From assembly GCF_036971445.1 (NCBI RefSeq), contig NC_091482.1, positions 10,292,001 to 10,356,000 of the forward strand: a stretch of DNA of 64,000 bases. Reading direction: 5' to 3'. The stretch is from Narcine bancroftii. Lineage: Eukaryota. Below the pieces are notes generated by a model, which ran no database searches, had not been told where the DNA came from, and saw only the letters and a list, made by a program, of their open reading frames with translations. Positions 23,567 to 37,695 of the stretch are shown piece by piece. Positions within the stretch are counted from its first letter, which is position 1; every line of letters begins with the position of its first letter. A program made the position numbers and the translations under genes.

Positions 23567-26500
23567 CTCAATCTAAGGAAGAAACGTGACACATTCGTTA
23601 GAGGGTGGCAATCTTACTTGAAATATTGGCGCACAGATGGATTACACCCCCCCCCTCAATCTAAGGAAGAAACGTGGACACATTCGTTAGAGGGTGGCAA
23701 TCTTACTTGAAATATTGGCGCACAGATGGATTACACCCCCCCCCCTCAATCTAAGGAAGAAACGTGACACATTCGTTAGAGTGTGCAATCTTACTTGAAA
23801 TATTGGCGCACAGATGGATTACACCCCCCCCCCTCAATCTAAGGAAGAAACGTGACACATTCGTTAGAGGGTGGCAATCTTACTTGAAATATTGGCGCAC
23901 AGATGGATTACACCCCCCCCCCTCAATCTAAGGAAGAAACGTGACACATTCGTTAGAGGGTGGCAATCTTACTTGAAATTTGGCGCACAGATGGATTACA
24001 CCCCCCCCTCAATCTAAGGAAGAAACGTGACACATTCGTTAGAGGGTGGCAATCTTACTTGAAATATTGGCGCACAGATGGATTACACCCCCCCCCCCTC
24101 AATCTAAGGAAGAAACGTGACACATTCGTTAGAGGGTGGCAATCTTACTTGAAATATTGGCGCACAGATGGATTACACCCCCCCTCCCAAACTAAGGAAG
24201 AAAACGTGACACATTCGTTAGAGGGTGGCAATCTTACTTGAAATATGCGCACAGATGGATTACACACCCCCCCCCTCAATCTAAGGAAGATAAACGTGAC
24301 ACATTCGTTAGAGGGTGGCAATCTTACTTGAAATATTGGCGCACAGATGGATTACACCCCCCCCCTCAATCTAAGGAAGAAACGTGACACATTCGTTAGA
24401 GGGTGGCAATCTTACTTGAAATATTGGCGCACAGATGGATTACACCCCCCCCCCTCAATCTAAGGAAGAAACGTGACACATTCGTTAGAGGGTGGCAATC
24501 TTACTTGAAATATTGGCGCACAGATGGATTACACCCCCCCCTCAATCTAAGGAAGAAACGTGACACATTCGTTAGAGGGTGGCAATCTTACTTGAAATAT
24601 TGGCGCACAGATGGATTACACCCCCCCCCCTCAATCTAAGGAAGAAACGTGACACATTCGTTAGAGGGTGGCAATCTTACTTGAAATATTGGCGCACAGA
24701 TGGATTACACCCCCCCCCTCAATCTAAGGAAGAAACGTGACACATTCGTTAGAGGGTGGCAATCTTACTTGAAATATTGGCGCACAGATGGATTACACCC
24801 CCCCCCTCAATCTAAGGAAGAAACGTGACACATTCGTTAGAGGGTGGCAATCTTACTTGAAATATTGGCGCACAGATGGATTACACCCCCCCCCCTCAAT
24901 CTAAGGAAGAAACGTGACACATTCGTTAGAGGGTGGCAATCTTACTTGAAATATTGGCGCACAGATGGATTACACCCCCCCCCTCAATCTAAGGAAGAAA
25001 CGTGACACATTCGTTAGAGGGTGGCAATCTTACTTGAAATATTGGCGCACAGATGGATTACACCCCCCCCCTCAATCTAAGGAAGAAACGTGACACATTC
25101 GTTAGAGGGTGGCAATCTTACTTGAAATATTGGCGCACAGATGGATTACACCCCCCCCCCAATCTAAGGAAGAAACGTGACACATTCGTTAGAGGGTGGC
25201 AATCTTACTTGAAATATTGGCGCACAGATGGATTACACCCCCCCCCTCAATCTAAGGAAGAAACGTGACACATTCGTTAGAGGGTGGCAATCTTACTTGA
25301 AATATTGGCGCACAGATGGATTACACCCCCCCCCTCAATCTAAGGAAGAAACGTGACACATTCGTTAGAGGGTGGCAATCTTACTTGAAATATTGGCGCA
25401 CAGATGGATTACACCCCCCCCCTCAATCTAAGGAAGAAACGTGACACATTCGTTAGAGGGTGGCAATCTTACTTGAAATATTGGCGCACAGATGGATTAC
25501 ACCCCCCCCTCAATCTAAGGAAGAAACGTGACACATTCGTTAGAGGGTGGCAATCTTACTTGAAATATTGGCGCACAGAGATACAGCGCTGGCATATTAC
25601 CAACTGAGATCCTACTTGAAAGATAAATTAGGAAGCAACTTGAGTTTACCAGAGGGAAGTAACCTTGAATATGTGATTACAGATACAATGTTAATCAAAA
25701 GATTTATAAAAAATATGTATATTAAACTGCAAGAAAAGGAAAATGAGGAAACAAATGGTAAAACTAAACAAAAATGGGAACAAGATTTAAATATAAAGAT
25801 AAAAAAGGAAACATGGGAGAAGTTATGCTCTGGAACGATGAGAAATACAATAAATACGAGGCTGCGTATGATACAATATAATTGGTTACACAGACTATAC
25901 ATTACACCGCAAAAGTTAAATAAATGGGACCCAACAGTATCTGATAGATGTTTTCGATGTAAAAAAGAAAGGGGAACAACAATTCATGCAATCTGGACAT
26001 GTGAGAGAGTAGAAAAATTTTGGGATGATCTCAATCAGATATTAAATAAAATAACAGAAAACAATATACCAAAGAATCCAGAGATCTTTCTCCTAAGTAA
26101 CATAAAAAATAAAGAATTTGGAATTGACTTGGAGGATGCACAAAAAAGATTTGTTAAGATAGCCCTAGCTGTAGCAAAAAAAATGTATTATGTCAACCTG
26201 GAAATTGGAAGATAATTTGAAAATACAACAATGGTATATAGAAATGAATAAATGTATTCCATTAGAAAAAATAACATATAGTTTAAGAAATAATATTGAA
26301 ATATTCGAACAAGTATGGGAGCCTTACATTAAATACAATAGCGAAAACCTACCGGGAACAAACATTACCTAAGTTGATGGAAGGAGAAGAGAAGAAAAGA
26401 ATGGACTCAGTAGAATTTCTGGTGTATTTTTGTTGAATGACAACATTGTCTAACTGAATTAATGCAACCTAGATTGTATAACTAAAATGGATGAGAGGGG

Positions 26501-26937
26501 GGGGGATGGGGGGGTGGCTTGGGAGGAGGGAGGGGGGAGGGAGAAAAAGTCACTGTAAATGTGTGGAAAAGAAAAAGTGTATATCATGGCTATTGTGATT
26601 TATGGTGTGAAAAATAAAAAATTAAAAAAAAAAAAAAATATTGGCGCACAGATGGATTACACCCCCCCCCCTCAATCTAAGGAAGAAACGTGACACATTC
26701 GTTAGAGGGTGGCAATCTTACTTGAAATATTGGCGCACAGATGGATTACACCCCCCCCCCTCAATCTAAGGAAGAAACGTGACACATTCGTTAGAGGGTG
26801 GCAATCTTACTTGAAATATTGGCGCACAGATGGATTACACCCCCCCCCCTCAATCTAAGGAAGAAACGTGACACATTCGTTAGAGGGTGGCAATCTTACT
26901 TGAAATATTGGCGCACAGATGGATTACACCCCCCCCA
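23567..26937. repeat. 87-90-bp minisatellite with variable poly-C, about 26 copies, interrupted by an L1 at 25580-26635
   Basis: Unit ctcaatctaaggaagaaacgtgacacattcgttagagggtggcaatcttacttgaaatattggcgcacagatggattaca(C)n. Confidence 0.97.
25580..26635 (+). mobile_element. 5'-truncated L1-clade LINE with 3' UTR, AATAAA, poly(A) and 17-bp TSD
   Basis: ORF2 C-terminus with CCHC knuckle CFRC...H....C; one extra A in an A-run near 26180; G-rich 3' UTR; TSD aaatattggcgcacaga at 25563-25579 and 26636-26652. Confidence 0.93.
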
Positions 26938-29900
26938 CTTCAAAATAGGGGTATGATAACAGTCTGTCCTAGAGAGAAACAACGGTTACCAAGAAAGTGG
27001 GACATGGTGCATGCAACTTGCTTTTTTTTTTAAGTTTTAATTCTACTTTAGGCTTTATTAATATTTTTTTTCAATAGGTTAAGAAGTGGAGGTGGGGGGG
27101 GATAGAAATAAACACAAGACTATGTTGGAAAATTATACTGTTTGAATTTTGAAAGTCTATCAAAATATTCAAAAAAATTATCACAAATGATAATTAGAAT
27201 AAAATCAGTGGCCACTTTTGATGTTTTAACAAATAGTTTTCTTCCTCCTGTCAATTCAGACCAAATCAAACTCTATATAGTTATTTGAACAGGTGTGTGT
27301 AATTCAAGCATCCTTTCTTGCCTTGAACTTCAGCAAGAGATGTTATGAAATGGTGATAATCTGACTTTAAGGTGGAGTAAAATCTTATCTTCTCACGAAA
27401 GTCATGGATCCTTCCAGTGGCAGCCACAGTATCCGCTTCTTTGCAAAACAGGGAGCAGGAACAGCAGTCAGAAGCTTCCATGTCCTGTGTGTGGTCTTTC
27501 AATAGCCCCTAAATTTTAGTGAATGATAGTTGATGAGACCAATTCTGAGATTTCTCTTAAATTTCAAATGACTGAATATTAAGTTGTTGCTGCATGGCGG
27601 AGCTCTGGCTGCTTCCCCCCACACCCAATTTTGAGTGGCCAATCAAGGTCCAACATTTTCACTACTCTGAAATCTATTTGGCTTGTAAATAGTGCATTTA
27701 ATAGCAATGTTTTAACTAAGTTTCTGAATGGGAATTTAAAGCTACAATTTCCATAAAAGTCTTCCAAAAAGTCATTTTCAATTTTACAAAGATAGTAATT
27801 TGTAATCCGGTTTTCTTTTCATTTTGCCTTATTTGTGCACGTTAAATTGCAAATTTAGTGCATGAACAAACATCCAAATTACTTTCATAAGTTGCTAAAA
27901 TTCCTTTGGTATATGGAACTACAGTATTAGCAAAACAAAGCCCTGATTTAATGATTGAAGAGCAAAATTCTGCAGCTGCTGAATAGTCTCAGCAGGTCAT
28001 ACAGCATTCAGAGAATCAGAATGTCTCAGACCAATGACCTTTGGGTGGGGGTGTTAGTGGAAGAATTCTGATAAATGGTCATGGATGTGAAAGGCCAGTC
28101 CTTTTCTGCACAACCTCTGCCTTGGAGTACTTCAGATTTAATATTTGCCTGTTTGGTGGTTTGAGATAACAATCACAGATCACAGCAAAAACAAAAAATA
28201 GTTCCATTGATGCACATGGTCAGTTTCTGGAAAAATTTAAAAATACTTACAAATCTATTAGCAACATTGAAACAAAAAGCGGCATAATTTTAAGACCCTC
28301 TGGAGCCCTGCCAACACACTAGTCGGAAACTCGAGCTAAAAGTGGCCAGGGCCAGGTTCAAACAAGGCAAGTCAAGCCAAGAGGTCATAAACTAAACCTG
28401 TGTGGCAAAAATTTTTGAAATTCTTCCCTCCTTTGCATCTATTTAGCCTACATGTGCAAGTTGCAGTACAAAAATCACCATCTTGCAGCCTCCAGACCCT
28501 CACACTTCAGATTCTTGTTACCTTTTAAAAATTGAAAAACATTAAATGTTAAAAGAATTTACGTTATTGTAAATCTTCCAACTTCAGTACTGTTCATAAA
28601 TATCACAGCAAATCAGTAGAAATGCAGAGTCCCTATAAATAGGGACCTGATGATCCGACACTAGCTAGTTTAGCTTGTGTAAACAGCAAAACTGCAGCTA
28701 TTGGAAATCCGAAGCAAAAAGAGAAAAACTAAATGCTTGAGTTCTGCCACATTCACAGGACACAAATGACAGCACTTACTATCCATTTATGCACTGGAGA
28801 GAGTTAAGAGTCAACCCCATTGCTACGTATGAAATGACAAGCAACAGATTTAGTACAGAAAACCACAAGACATTTGTGAACCAGCACCCACACAGTAGAT
28901 TCATGGTTACCATCGACGTGTATTTGAAATTCTCTCAACTACCGCGGTGAGATAGAAACACTCGTCTCTGAATGAACGATCCATGCCTTTGGATATCTGT
29001 CAGAGATATACATCCAGTACAAGCACCATGTTAAGCAGAATTCTGATCACTGTCAAGAGACCAATTTGGAGCTTAATTACTTGATTGTATTTCCATGGTT
29101 GTTTAAAGTGGGCAGGTTCACGAATACAGAACGCAAGATGGAAACTACCACCATTTGTACAGAAGAATAATGACAAATCATTCCTCGAAATTTTGATTAA
29201 AGAACAGGTTTAATTTTGAACCCCTCTGCTGAACTTTGGTTCACATCAAGGAAAATGTTTGTTTCGGGTGTATAAATGACTCTTAGAGGATTCAAAGCTA
29301 TCACTACCTTTGCTGTGTGCATAACTTCAAGTCAAGAATATATTGATTTAAAGTTTCCCCCCCAACCAAAAATACATGGCTGTCTTTTGCTACTTAATGT
29401 GCTTGGGGTAAATTAAGCTGGCTGAGTGGAAGGTTTGACATGGTGTTGTAACTTTACACCAAGGCACAAAATTAGCAGCTTAGTTTGTTGCAAGACTGCT
29501 TCAATGATGAGCAGAATTGAAAATATTGCCCTGGGACTGGCTCAATGGGGCATTAGTACAACAGAAAATAAAATTTCATCCCTCAACCGGCATCTTTATT
29601 TCCTTATTCTCTGACTCAATTGACAAGTAACATTACTTGCTAACTCTGTATCCAAAATTTAGCTCCACTTAACATAAGCTAGAGCAGCAGCTCCCAACTT
29701 TTTTTTTTGGCTATGACGACACCATTTGAAGCTCGAAACTTAGTCCATGATCCATCTTCAGAGAGATGAACAAAATACATGGGGCATCTCAAAACACTGA
29801 TCAACATCACTGCAAAACCGTAATGAGTCAGGGTATCAAGGGATATTGGGGAAACCCTGGAAATTTTGTGAATGCTGAACTGTGGCAAATTAATTCTTAG

Positions 29901-30979
29901 GAATATGCAAACTAATGTCAGCATCTTCTCTCACAACACAGTGGTGCTTTACATTTACTAATAGTTTTTAAATGGCATAAAACAACCAAGGCAGGAAACA
30001 CTTCAAAGATGTTCCCAAAGACCCCTTGTGGGCAAGAGAAATGTTATCTCATTCAACTGATGTAAAGCACAAACTAGGCACAGAGAAGAGTTTTTAAACT
30101 CAGTAAAGAACAAGGCCAGCAAAAACATCTACTGGTAGTTTTCAGGAAGTTTCAGTCACAGCAGTAAATTCACACTAACGCATCACATTCCCACCACTCT
30201 GCCCAGATTCTACAACTCAAATACACATCAAGGTCAATATTAAAGCAGCCAATTAACCTACCAAACCATTTCTTTCAGATATGGTAGGGAACTAGAGGGA
30301 GAAGATGCAAACTCCAGAGGTCAGAACTGAACCCAGGCCACTGGAGGGGTCAGCTGCATGTCTACACTCCCAATTAGCCTATTGCATTTATCCCAAATGT
30401 TGCAATTCAAAAATCCCAGATGGACTTCAGCCTCCTCGGAATAAAGATGGAATAGAATTAAGTCATCCTTGATGACAGGATACTTGTTAATGTGTACAAG
30501 ATTCATCAAATCCCACTCTCCCCATCCCCCTCCAATCCAGAGAACGAGAGATTTTTTGCATCTTGCACCAAGATGTGAAATAGTACTGCAAATTCATGTT
30601 TTAATCCAGCATTATTTCAGTTAAGGGCATTAAAGGGAATTTCCATTTCCATCATTTAAAATTCCAATAACCAAATGCAATTTTGTTTTGTTGAAATCCA
30701 GCCTATTCAACCTCAAAACAGTAAAAGAAAATGGCATTTTAAATCCAAAGGAGTCAAACAAGGGGTGAACAATAGTAAAGGATTCAGATGCTCAAATGCA
30801 AGACTCTAGTGAAACATCTCCTCAACCCCCCCCCCCCCCCTCCCAACATTTGAAACAATGGTTCTTCATTGCACATTCACTCATGTGATCCTCTTGCAAC
30901 TTCCACTTGTGTCAACCAGATTGGGACCTTCTCAATATGCTGCTATATCCACTTTAATGATTATAGACTGAGCTTTTAA

Positions 30980-31155
30980 ATTTAGACATACTAACAAGCC
31001 CTTCTGGCCCACAAGCCTGTGTTGCCCACTTACACCCCTCATGTGGAAGGAAACCAGAGCACCCAGAGGAAACCCACGGAGACACCGTACAAACTCCTTA
31101 CAGACAGCACCGGATTCGAACCGGTCACTGTTTCTGTAACAGCGTTGCGATGACC
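30980..31155 (-). mobile_element. V-SINE-type SINE
   Basis: gaaaccagagcacccagaggaaacccac and ggattcgaaccgg. Confidence 0.65.
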
Positions 31156-32286
31156 ATGTTTTCTTTGGAACTGTTCCATTCATTTCCCCTCCAGAGCTTT
31201 GAAGTCACCCAACCACTGTAGACACATGGCCATAACCCATGCTCATTTCCTCAACGTCATTCCATCAAGTAAGCTCTGGACAGAGTTGCAAGTTAGCATT
31301 ACTTCCTCTTCAACATGGATCCCAAGCCAGAATCCAGTGGAGTGATGGAATGTATGACCTGTGGACCAAGAAAACTAGAACCTTCCCATTGGCATAAAGA
31401 TGCCAAATACTATTTCCATACACAATAGGTCATGAGGGATGAACCAGACTGGTGAGATTTATGAACAGCCGTAGATCAGGGATTTGTTTAGCATGGCCGG
31501 TGTTAAAATATTCAGCACAGCTCAGACATTAAAGCAGATTTCACTAACCTTGGGAAAAAAACATTTAAAGGAAACAAATTATTCCTATCTGCCACAATCC
31601 TTTTGTCAGAGGTGTAATCGCAGGGTTTCAACACTCTAATGTTTGTATAGCCCATTCATTCTGCAGAAACCATGTACTCAAGCTCCAGATAACTTTTGCA
31701 CGTAGCCTTTCGACTTGATCAAAAGCTACACACACCAGAGATTGGGAACTGATTTAAGAACAGCCAATTTTTTTTTAAATGAAAGAGGCTACTATTTGGC
31801 ATCAAATTGACATCCCCTTCCTTTTAAGACTAATGATTTTAATCATTTTCAGTTACTAAACATGTATCAGCAGAGCCTGTCTGCTTCACGGATTATCCAA
31901 ACTATTTCAGGGCCAGTGTCACATTTCACAAACTGCCAGAATCGTCTCTACCCCACCCCACCGCCCACTTAAATCGCTGTTGGAAAGCCTAGCCAAGTAT
32001 CCAGTATGCAACACCACATTTGTCAAGTCAACTGTGCGTGCAAACTTGAAACACACACACAGTTGGTTACATTTAGTATGCATCTCAACACGCGCTCTAC
32101 AACCAGGTTTAATTCCCTTTCTCAATGCGAGCTTGAGTCAACATCGAGCACTGCTCCAGAGATCCTTAAAGGACAGACCAAATCAAGTTTCTCCAGCATT
32201 TTTGAGTACTGAGCCAAATCAATAGTTGCACACCATCTTAACTTTAAAAAAAAAATAACATTACAAACATATTAAAAGAATCCACA

Positions 32287-32292
32287 TTTATT
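32287..32292 (-). promoter_or_regulatory. Candidate RFLNB polyadenylation signal (would give a 3' UTR of about 2 kb)
   Basis: AATAAA on the minus strand followed by a GT/T-rich tract; other AATAAA sites exist nearer the stop. Confidence 0.4.
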
Positions 32293-34275
32293 GAGCCAGC
32301 TATACACACATGTACACAAGACCTATACAGTTTTTGGACACTGCTTGGGCTGAGTTAAAGTTTATGTGCAAACATTTGTGGAACCACATTCTAAACAAGT
32401 GCCGAGTGGAGACTGCTCCTCCTCTTGGTCTTTTTAATCCCATGTAAAAAAAAAATAACCCAAACAATTCAAAAGCAGTTTCAACATTACCTTACTCTAC
32501 ATTAAGCACTTTAAAGTGGCCAAATCATCCTTACCATTTCCCCAGCTCACTGCGGGGATGTGGAGAACACCGTTTGTTGCAAATGTGGCTCTTACAATGG
32601 GCTGGCAACCTATTCCCTCTTTCTTTTATACCATGATCACAGACTTATCCAGACCAACAAATCTTACACCTACGTATCCCAAACCTTCACACTCCTGTAA
32701 TTCAAAGTATTTTCACCATCTATATTCTGAAATATCATTGACCCCCCCCCCCAAATGTTTATTTTCTTTTCCATATAATATCAATGAATTTGTGGAGCAT
32801 TTCCAACAACGTTTCAGTTGACAAACATGGGTTTTGTTTCAAAGGCCACCATCTTTCCTACCCATCTGATCCAAACTATCCTATTCCATCTCTTACCCCC
32901 TCCCCAACCTCAAGATCAACCTTACACAAACCACACCAAGATTGGATGGACTCCACCCCCTCCCACCTCGTTCAAAGCCCGTTCTTATTGGACAACATCC
33001 TCACAGGTTTTCAGCAACTAATTAAATCAAAATGTCCTTAAATTAACCAGAGTTGAACAACATTATAGGCCTTGGTTCATTCTCCAATATTTACATACAA
33101 ATGGGTCAAAAGCTCAGAAGGAAATTAGCCACAACAGAAGCACAGTTGGTGGAATTATTAACGACAAGCAAGGCAAATAGCAATGGAAGAGATGGGAAAA
33201 TGAAAATAAGCAAGATTCCTTCTTCCAAGAAACAGCTAGATAACATCGGGTCATGGTAGGTACAGGCCTTTTACATACATTTTGTCTCATTCATTTCACG
33301 ACAGGAAATCCTCTAGTCATTAAAACACACACACATGGTTTCCATAATGTCAAGCTGCTTTTAGTTGAAATACCAGAAGTGGGCAACATGCATCAAACCA
33401 TAAATGTTTTCTTTTCAAGGAATGAATAGACAGCAATATCTTACAAGGCAGTAAATTAAACATACTTCATGGGGCAATGCTGATAGCAGGCACCATTCCA
33501 TCGGAAGCTGCTCCACCCCTCATGGAAAGGAATTCTCAAATCCAGATTGGGGCAGGTGCCTTTAAGAATATTACCCATTACCTGGTTCCATACTTTCATG
33601 AGGCGCCCACGCAAGGGATGTTAGGACACCCAAAAAGTGCTCACATTAACATCCATTTGCCATAGGATGATGGTGCAGGCTGAGAATTACAACCTCCAGA
33701 GTGGATTGTAATTTGACTAATTTCTTCAAAGCAGGATTTGTTTCTCAAATCCAAAAGTGATATCAACAGTGCCAAGTTATTTTCAGGTTTGTAACCAAAA
33801 CTCCAGCATGTGCAGTGCAAGTTTATTTGAGTTGTGCCTTGGATTCCAGCCTAGGTCCCCCAGAGCAACTCTTGTCTCTGCAATAGTCTAGGCACAGCAG
33901 CCAAGTTTGCAAATGTACCCCTCCCACCCCCAAAAGAGCACCTCATGTTAAACATCAAGAGCAACAGATTTAAAACCTGGGTTCAGTGGTCGATTGCTTC
34001 AAATTCAGCCACTCTTCCCCCCACCCCCCACACACAATCTTTAGTCCAAACAGACTAAAATGAATAAAAATCAAATGAATCCTGCCTTATACACATTAAT
34101 GGCATTAAAATCTCTAAAATTCCTAAAGGTGATTAAAAATAGTTAGGAGACTAAGATGCAAGGGGGTAAAGAAATGCAGTTTTGAACAAGTTCAAAAGCC
34201 ACCATAGGTCAGAAGCAAGTGAACAGTCAAGAGAACCCAGTCCGTGAAGGGAACCACATTGCTGGAGAGCACCAT

Positions 34276-34585
34276 TTAACTGGTCATGTAGTCCGTGACT
34301 TCAAGTTCAACACTGGACAGAAACCTCCGAGCTGCCTTTCTGCAGTTGTAATCCACTGTGGTGGTGTAGACAGTCTTTGCGTACTTTGGGTAGACGATGA
34401 CTGCGCTGAGGAATCGCAGCGGTTTGTGTTGAAGCTCAAATTTCAGCTCCGTCTTGTAGTTCCGCCATGTGCAGTCGGGAACACAGATGACTGTCTGACT
34501 GCAGGAGCCAACACCCAAAGTGTGTTGCAGGAACACATTATTGATGTAATGTCGGTCGGAGTCATACTTCACTGAGGATGTGTAC
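34276..34585 (-). CDS. RFLNB: Refilin-B (FAM101B) last coding exon
   Basis: Acceptor tgcag; encodes RYTSSVKYDSDRHYI...SCSQTVICVPDCTWRNYK...YPKYAKTVYTTTVDYNCRK...RRFLSSVELE, closely matching human refilin-B; stop TAA at 34276-34278. Confidence 0.93.
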
Positions 34586-34857
34586 CTGCAGATACAAAGT
34601 CAAAGGGCTATTTACTCATTGACTTGTCAAAACCAGTAAGGATGAAAGACGATGTGCCCAAGTCAATGATTCATTGCCAAAAGATGACCCTGCCATCCTA
34701 TCAGTAAAGGGCACAGTCACCCAGCTAAGTCATTGTTTTTGAAAGCTCACTCACCAAAAGAAAAACAAGCTTTGCCATGCATTCCGAGCTAATCACATTT
34801 TAAAATACAATGATTCTGCTCATCTCCACACCAAATATACACAGCAAGCCTCCAGGT

Positions 34858-35072
34858 CAGCCATTCTCAACAAGGGCTGAATATAGGGTTGATTTTTTTT
34901 GGGTGGGTGGGGGGTTATGACCTTCGGACTGAAATCATAAAATATTTATGTAGTTGGTAAGAGAGAAGTAGACAAGAAGCCAACTAAATTTGACTGCTTC
35001 ACAGGGAAGGGGCCCCATAAACTGAGCAGAATTCCAAGGGAGCCATAGCCAAAAAATGGTTGAGTATGGCTG
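34858..35072. mobile_element. hAT-like MITE (second copy at about 35950-36170)
   Basis: TIRs cagccattctcaac / gttgagtatggctg; internal ttgactgcttcacagggaag shared by both copies. Confidence 0.6.
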
Positions 35073-36166
35073 CTCAGGGGGACAGTTTCTCAACCCTCCC
35101 ATTGACTGGGAAGAGAGATTAAGCAAAGCCCACAAACATAATTGAAAATTGAAAGACGTCACTCCAGAATCGATAACAGTATGGCACAGGGACAAACCCC
35201 TTTAGCTTGTACAGGGCGTATCTTGGTGTTGCCCAATATATTGATTACCCAAAAAAATGTACTGCAAATGCTGGTGCAAGAACAAAAACTGGGCTGGAAT
35301 CCAAATCTTACTGCATTATTTTTTTTTTAAATGTGGACCTCTGATTTCAATAGCTATTGGTCTTTAACCTTTCTACTTATAAATAGAACAACAAGCAGTA
35401 TTCTTGTTTGGTCAGTGGTTTACTAAGTGCTACTTTGTGTTCAGTTTTAAAAGGTGGCAATTTTCTACAGAAATTGTCTGCAATGGTAGGCACAGACTTG
35501 AGGATTGCTGATGGACAACGCAGCTCAACCAGCAGAAAAGATTTTGTCATGCATATTTTTCAGCTCAGAGGTGAACAGGAACTAGCGGCTCACAGAATAC
35601 TTGAACTGCACAGCCCATGGCACCCATTCTGTTACAACACCCACAGGGACAAGCAATTCAAGAGCCATGCTGGGCTCGATGAGTGAGAGGGAGAGCGGAA
35701 GAGGTGTTCTATTACTTCATCAGAAAACAGCTGATGGCTGTGGCATGAGAGAACTGATGCACAAAATGAGACAGGATTTAATCAGGCTCACACTCATTGG
35801 ATATCAGAAGAATGAAAGGACATTTCAGAAACCTATAAAAAACACTCTCACTGGACCAAGGAAAAGATGTCCCCAACATCTGAGATCACAACTTCAGGGA
35901 ATAGGATTTACCATTCAGAACAGATCACAAGAAATTTCTCCATCTAGATCAGCCATTCTCAATGGGGGCCCTATGCCCCCCTCCACCCCACCGGGATCCA
36001 CAACACATTTAAGTAAAAACCTTTACTTTTCACCTCAAGCATCACAAATTTTTTTTAATGTAATTGCTAGAGGAGAAGTATGGAAGAAACCATAAACTTG
36101 ACTGCTTCACAGGGAAGAGGGCCCATTATCTTTAAGCAGAGACCATACCCAAAAAATTGTCAAGAA

Positions 36167-36396
36167 TGGCGGTGCGGTTGCATAGCGGTTAGCGCAACAC
36201 CTTTACAGCAAGAGCGATCAGGTCCTGCACTGTCTGCAAGGAGTTGTACATCCTCCTCATGTCTGCATGGGTTTTCTCCAGGGGCTCCAGTTTCCTCTCA
36301 CTGTTCAAAACATACTGGGGGTGGAGGTTAATAGGGTGTAAATTTGGCGCCACAGACTCATGGGCCAAAATGGCCTGTTACCGAGCTGTATGTCTA
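36167..36396 (+). mobile_element. V-SINE-type SINE
   Basis: tRNA-like head tagcggttagcgc plus V-domain gggttttctccaggggctccagtttcctc. Confidence 0.65.
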
Positions 36397-37588
36397 GAGG
36401 GTTTAAAAAAGCTGATCTAGAGGGCAGGGTCACCCCCTGGGAAAGCAGAGGAGAGGAAGGAGGAGGTAGATATTTCTTAGCGCAAAAGGGAACTGGATAC
36501 ACAGAAAAGTCTGGAATAGGGAAATGAAGTGGATGACAACCCATGATTATGTTGAATCGTGAAGCACATCCAAAGGGTCAGATGTTCTGCTCTTGCTTTG
36601 TGTTTCCATGTAATCTGGTGGATCTCGTCATTGTGTATTCTGAGAAACCATTTAATGAATGTCACACAAATAAATGGCTGGTTATCAAAATGAGGTCAGT
36701 GCCTGTGCAAATAAGAATTGGCTCAAGGATAACAAAACAAATTTACCACAATTTAGTTCTATATATAGAGCTGTCTAAAATCCACAGGTGTCAGCACTGG
36801 AATGTTAATAAACTGAAATGTTGCTGTAGTCTCAGCTGGAGATGAGGCAGTCAAATGCAATAGGAAAAATGGACTGAAAGCATGGGCAGACAGTGGAAAG
36901 TGGAATTTAATAATGAATTGCAAAGGGAATGAACTTAAATGGTCCAAGTCTGGAGAAGAGACATGGAGGCCTACGTGAACAAATAATGGGCAGGAAGGAA
37001 GTCATTGAAAATAATCAGTTGATCTTGGGTTCCAAAAAGTGGTGTCTTTCTCGGTCTCTCGCCCTCCCTTGATGCCTAGAAACCTGTCTCTAAATAAAAG
37101 AACAAAGGAGGTCATGTTAGAGCAGCAAAAGACAAAAATTTCACTCTGACCACAGTTCTGATTGCCATCCTACAAGACTTGATAGCTCTCGAGGATGCAG
37201 AGATTTACAAGATTGCATCAAGTTTGTCTCTTTGCAATGGAAAGGGCCAGAGGAATATTGGAACCAAATGTATAAATTTACAAGGTGCCCAGTCAAGGTG
37301 TATAGCAAGGACCCATTTCTGCACCCCCCCCACCCCCCAAGAGGACAATAACTGGTGGTTAATCGGTGGATGCTTCTGAAGGGGAAGTTGAGAAAAGCCC
37401 CAGTCAGTGAATAGTGTGGATCTGAAGCTTGATGCTTGAAAGGATGGAGGCAACAACCAGACACCTGCCTCAACGAGAAACATATCCAACATGACCCTAG
37501 ACTCAGAGCCGGGAAGCGGGCTGCCTCCAGCATACAATTCCACAAATGACAGACAGCAAACCTCAACCAGACAGAATCCATTAATTAC

Positions 37589-37695
37589 CTAATCTCTTTC
37601 GGCGGCAGAGGGTCAACTTCAACGCCTTCTCCAAACGATAGTGGGTGCAGCCTCGGCCCAAGCCCGGCGATCTGGAAAGGGGAAGTAAGAGGATC
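37589..37695 (-). CDS. RFLNB: Refilin-B penultimate coding exon (DPLTSPFQIAGLGPRLHPLSFGEGVEVDPLPPKEIR)
   Basis: 107 bp, acceptor (T)n-cag and donor gtaatt; phase 2 joins in frame to 34585; matches human RLCPLSFGEGVEFDPLPPKEVR. Exon 1 not found in the window. Confidence 0.92.

Noticed and set aside
23567-26937. CRISPR-like array or hammerhead satellite (CTAAGGA...GAAACGT)
   Set aside because: No unique spacers or cas genes and a eukaryotic context; the hammerhead core is mismatched and helix II is absent.
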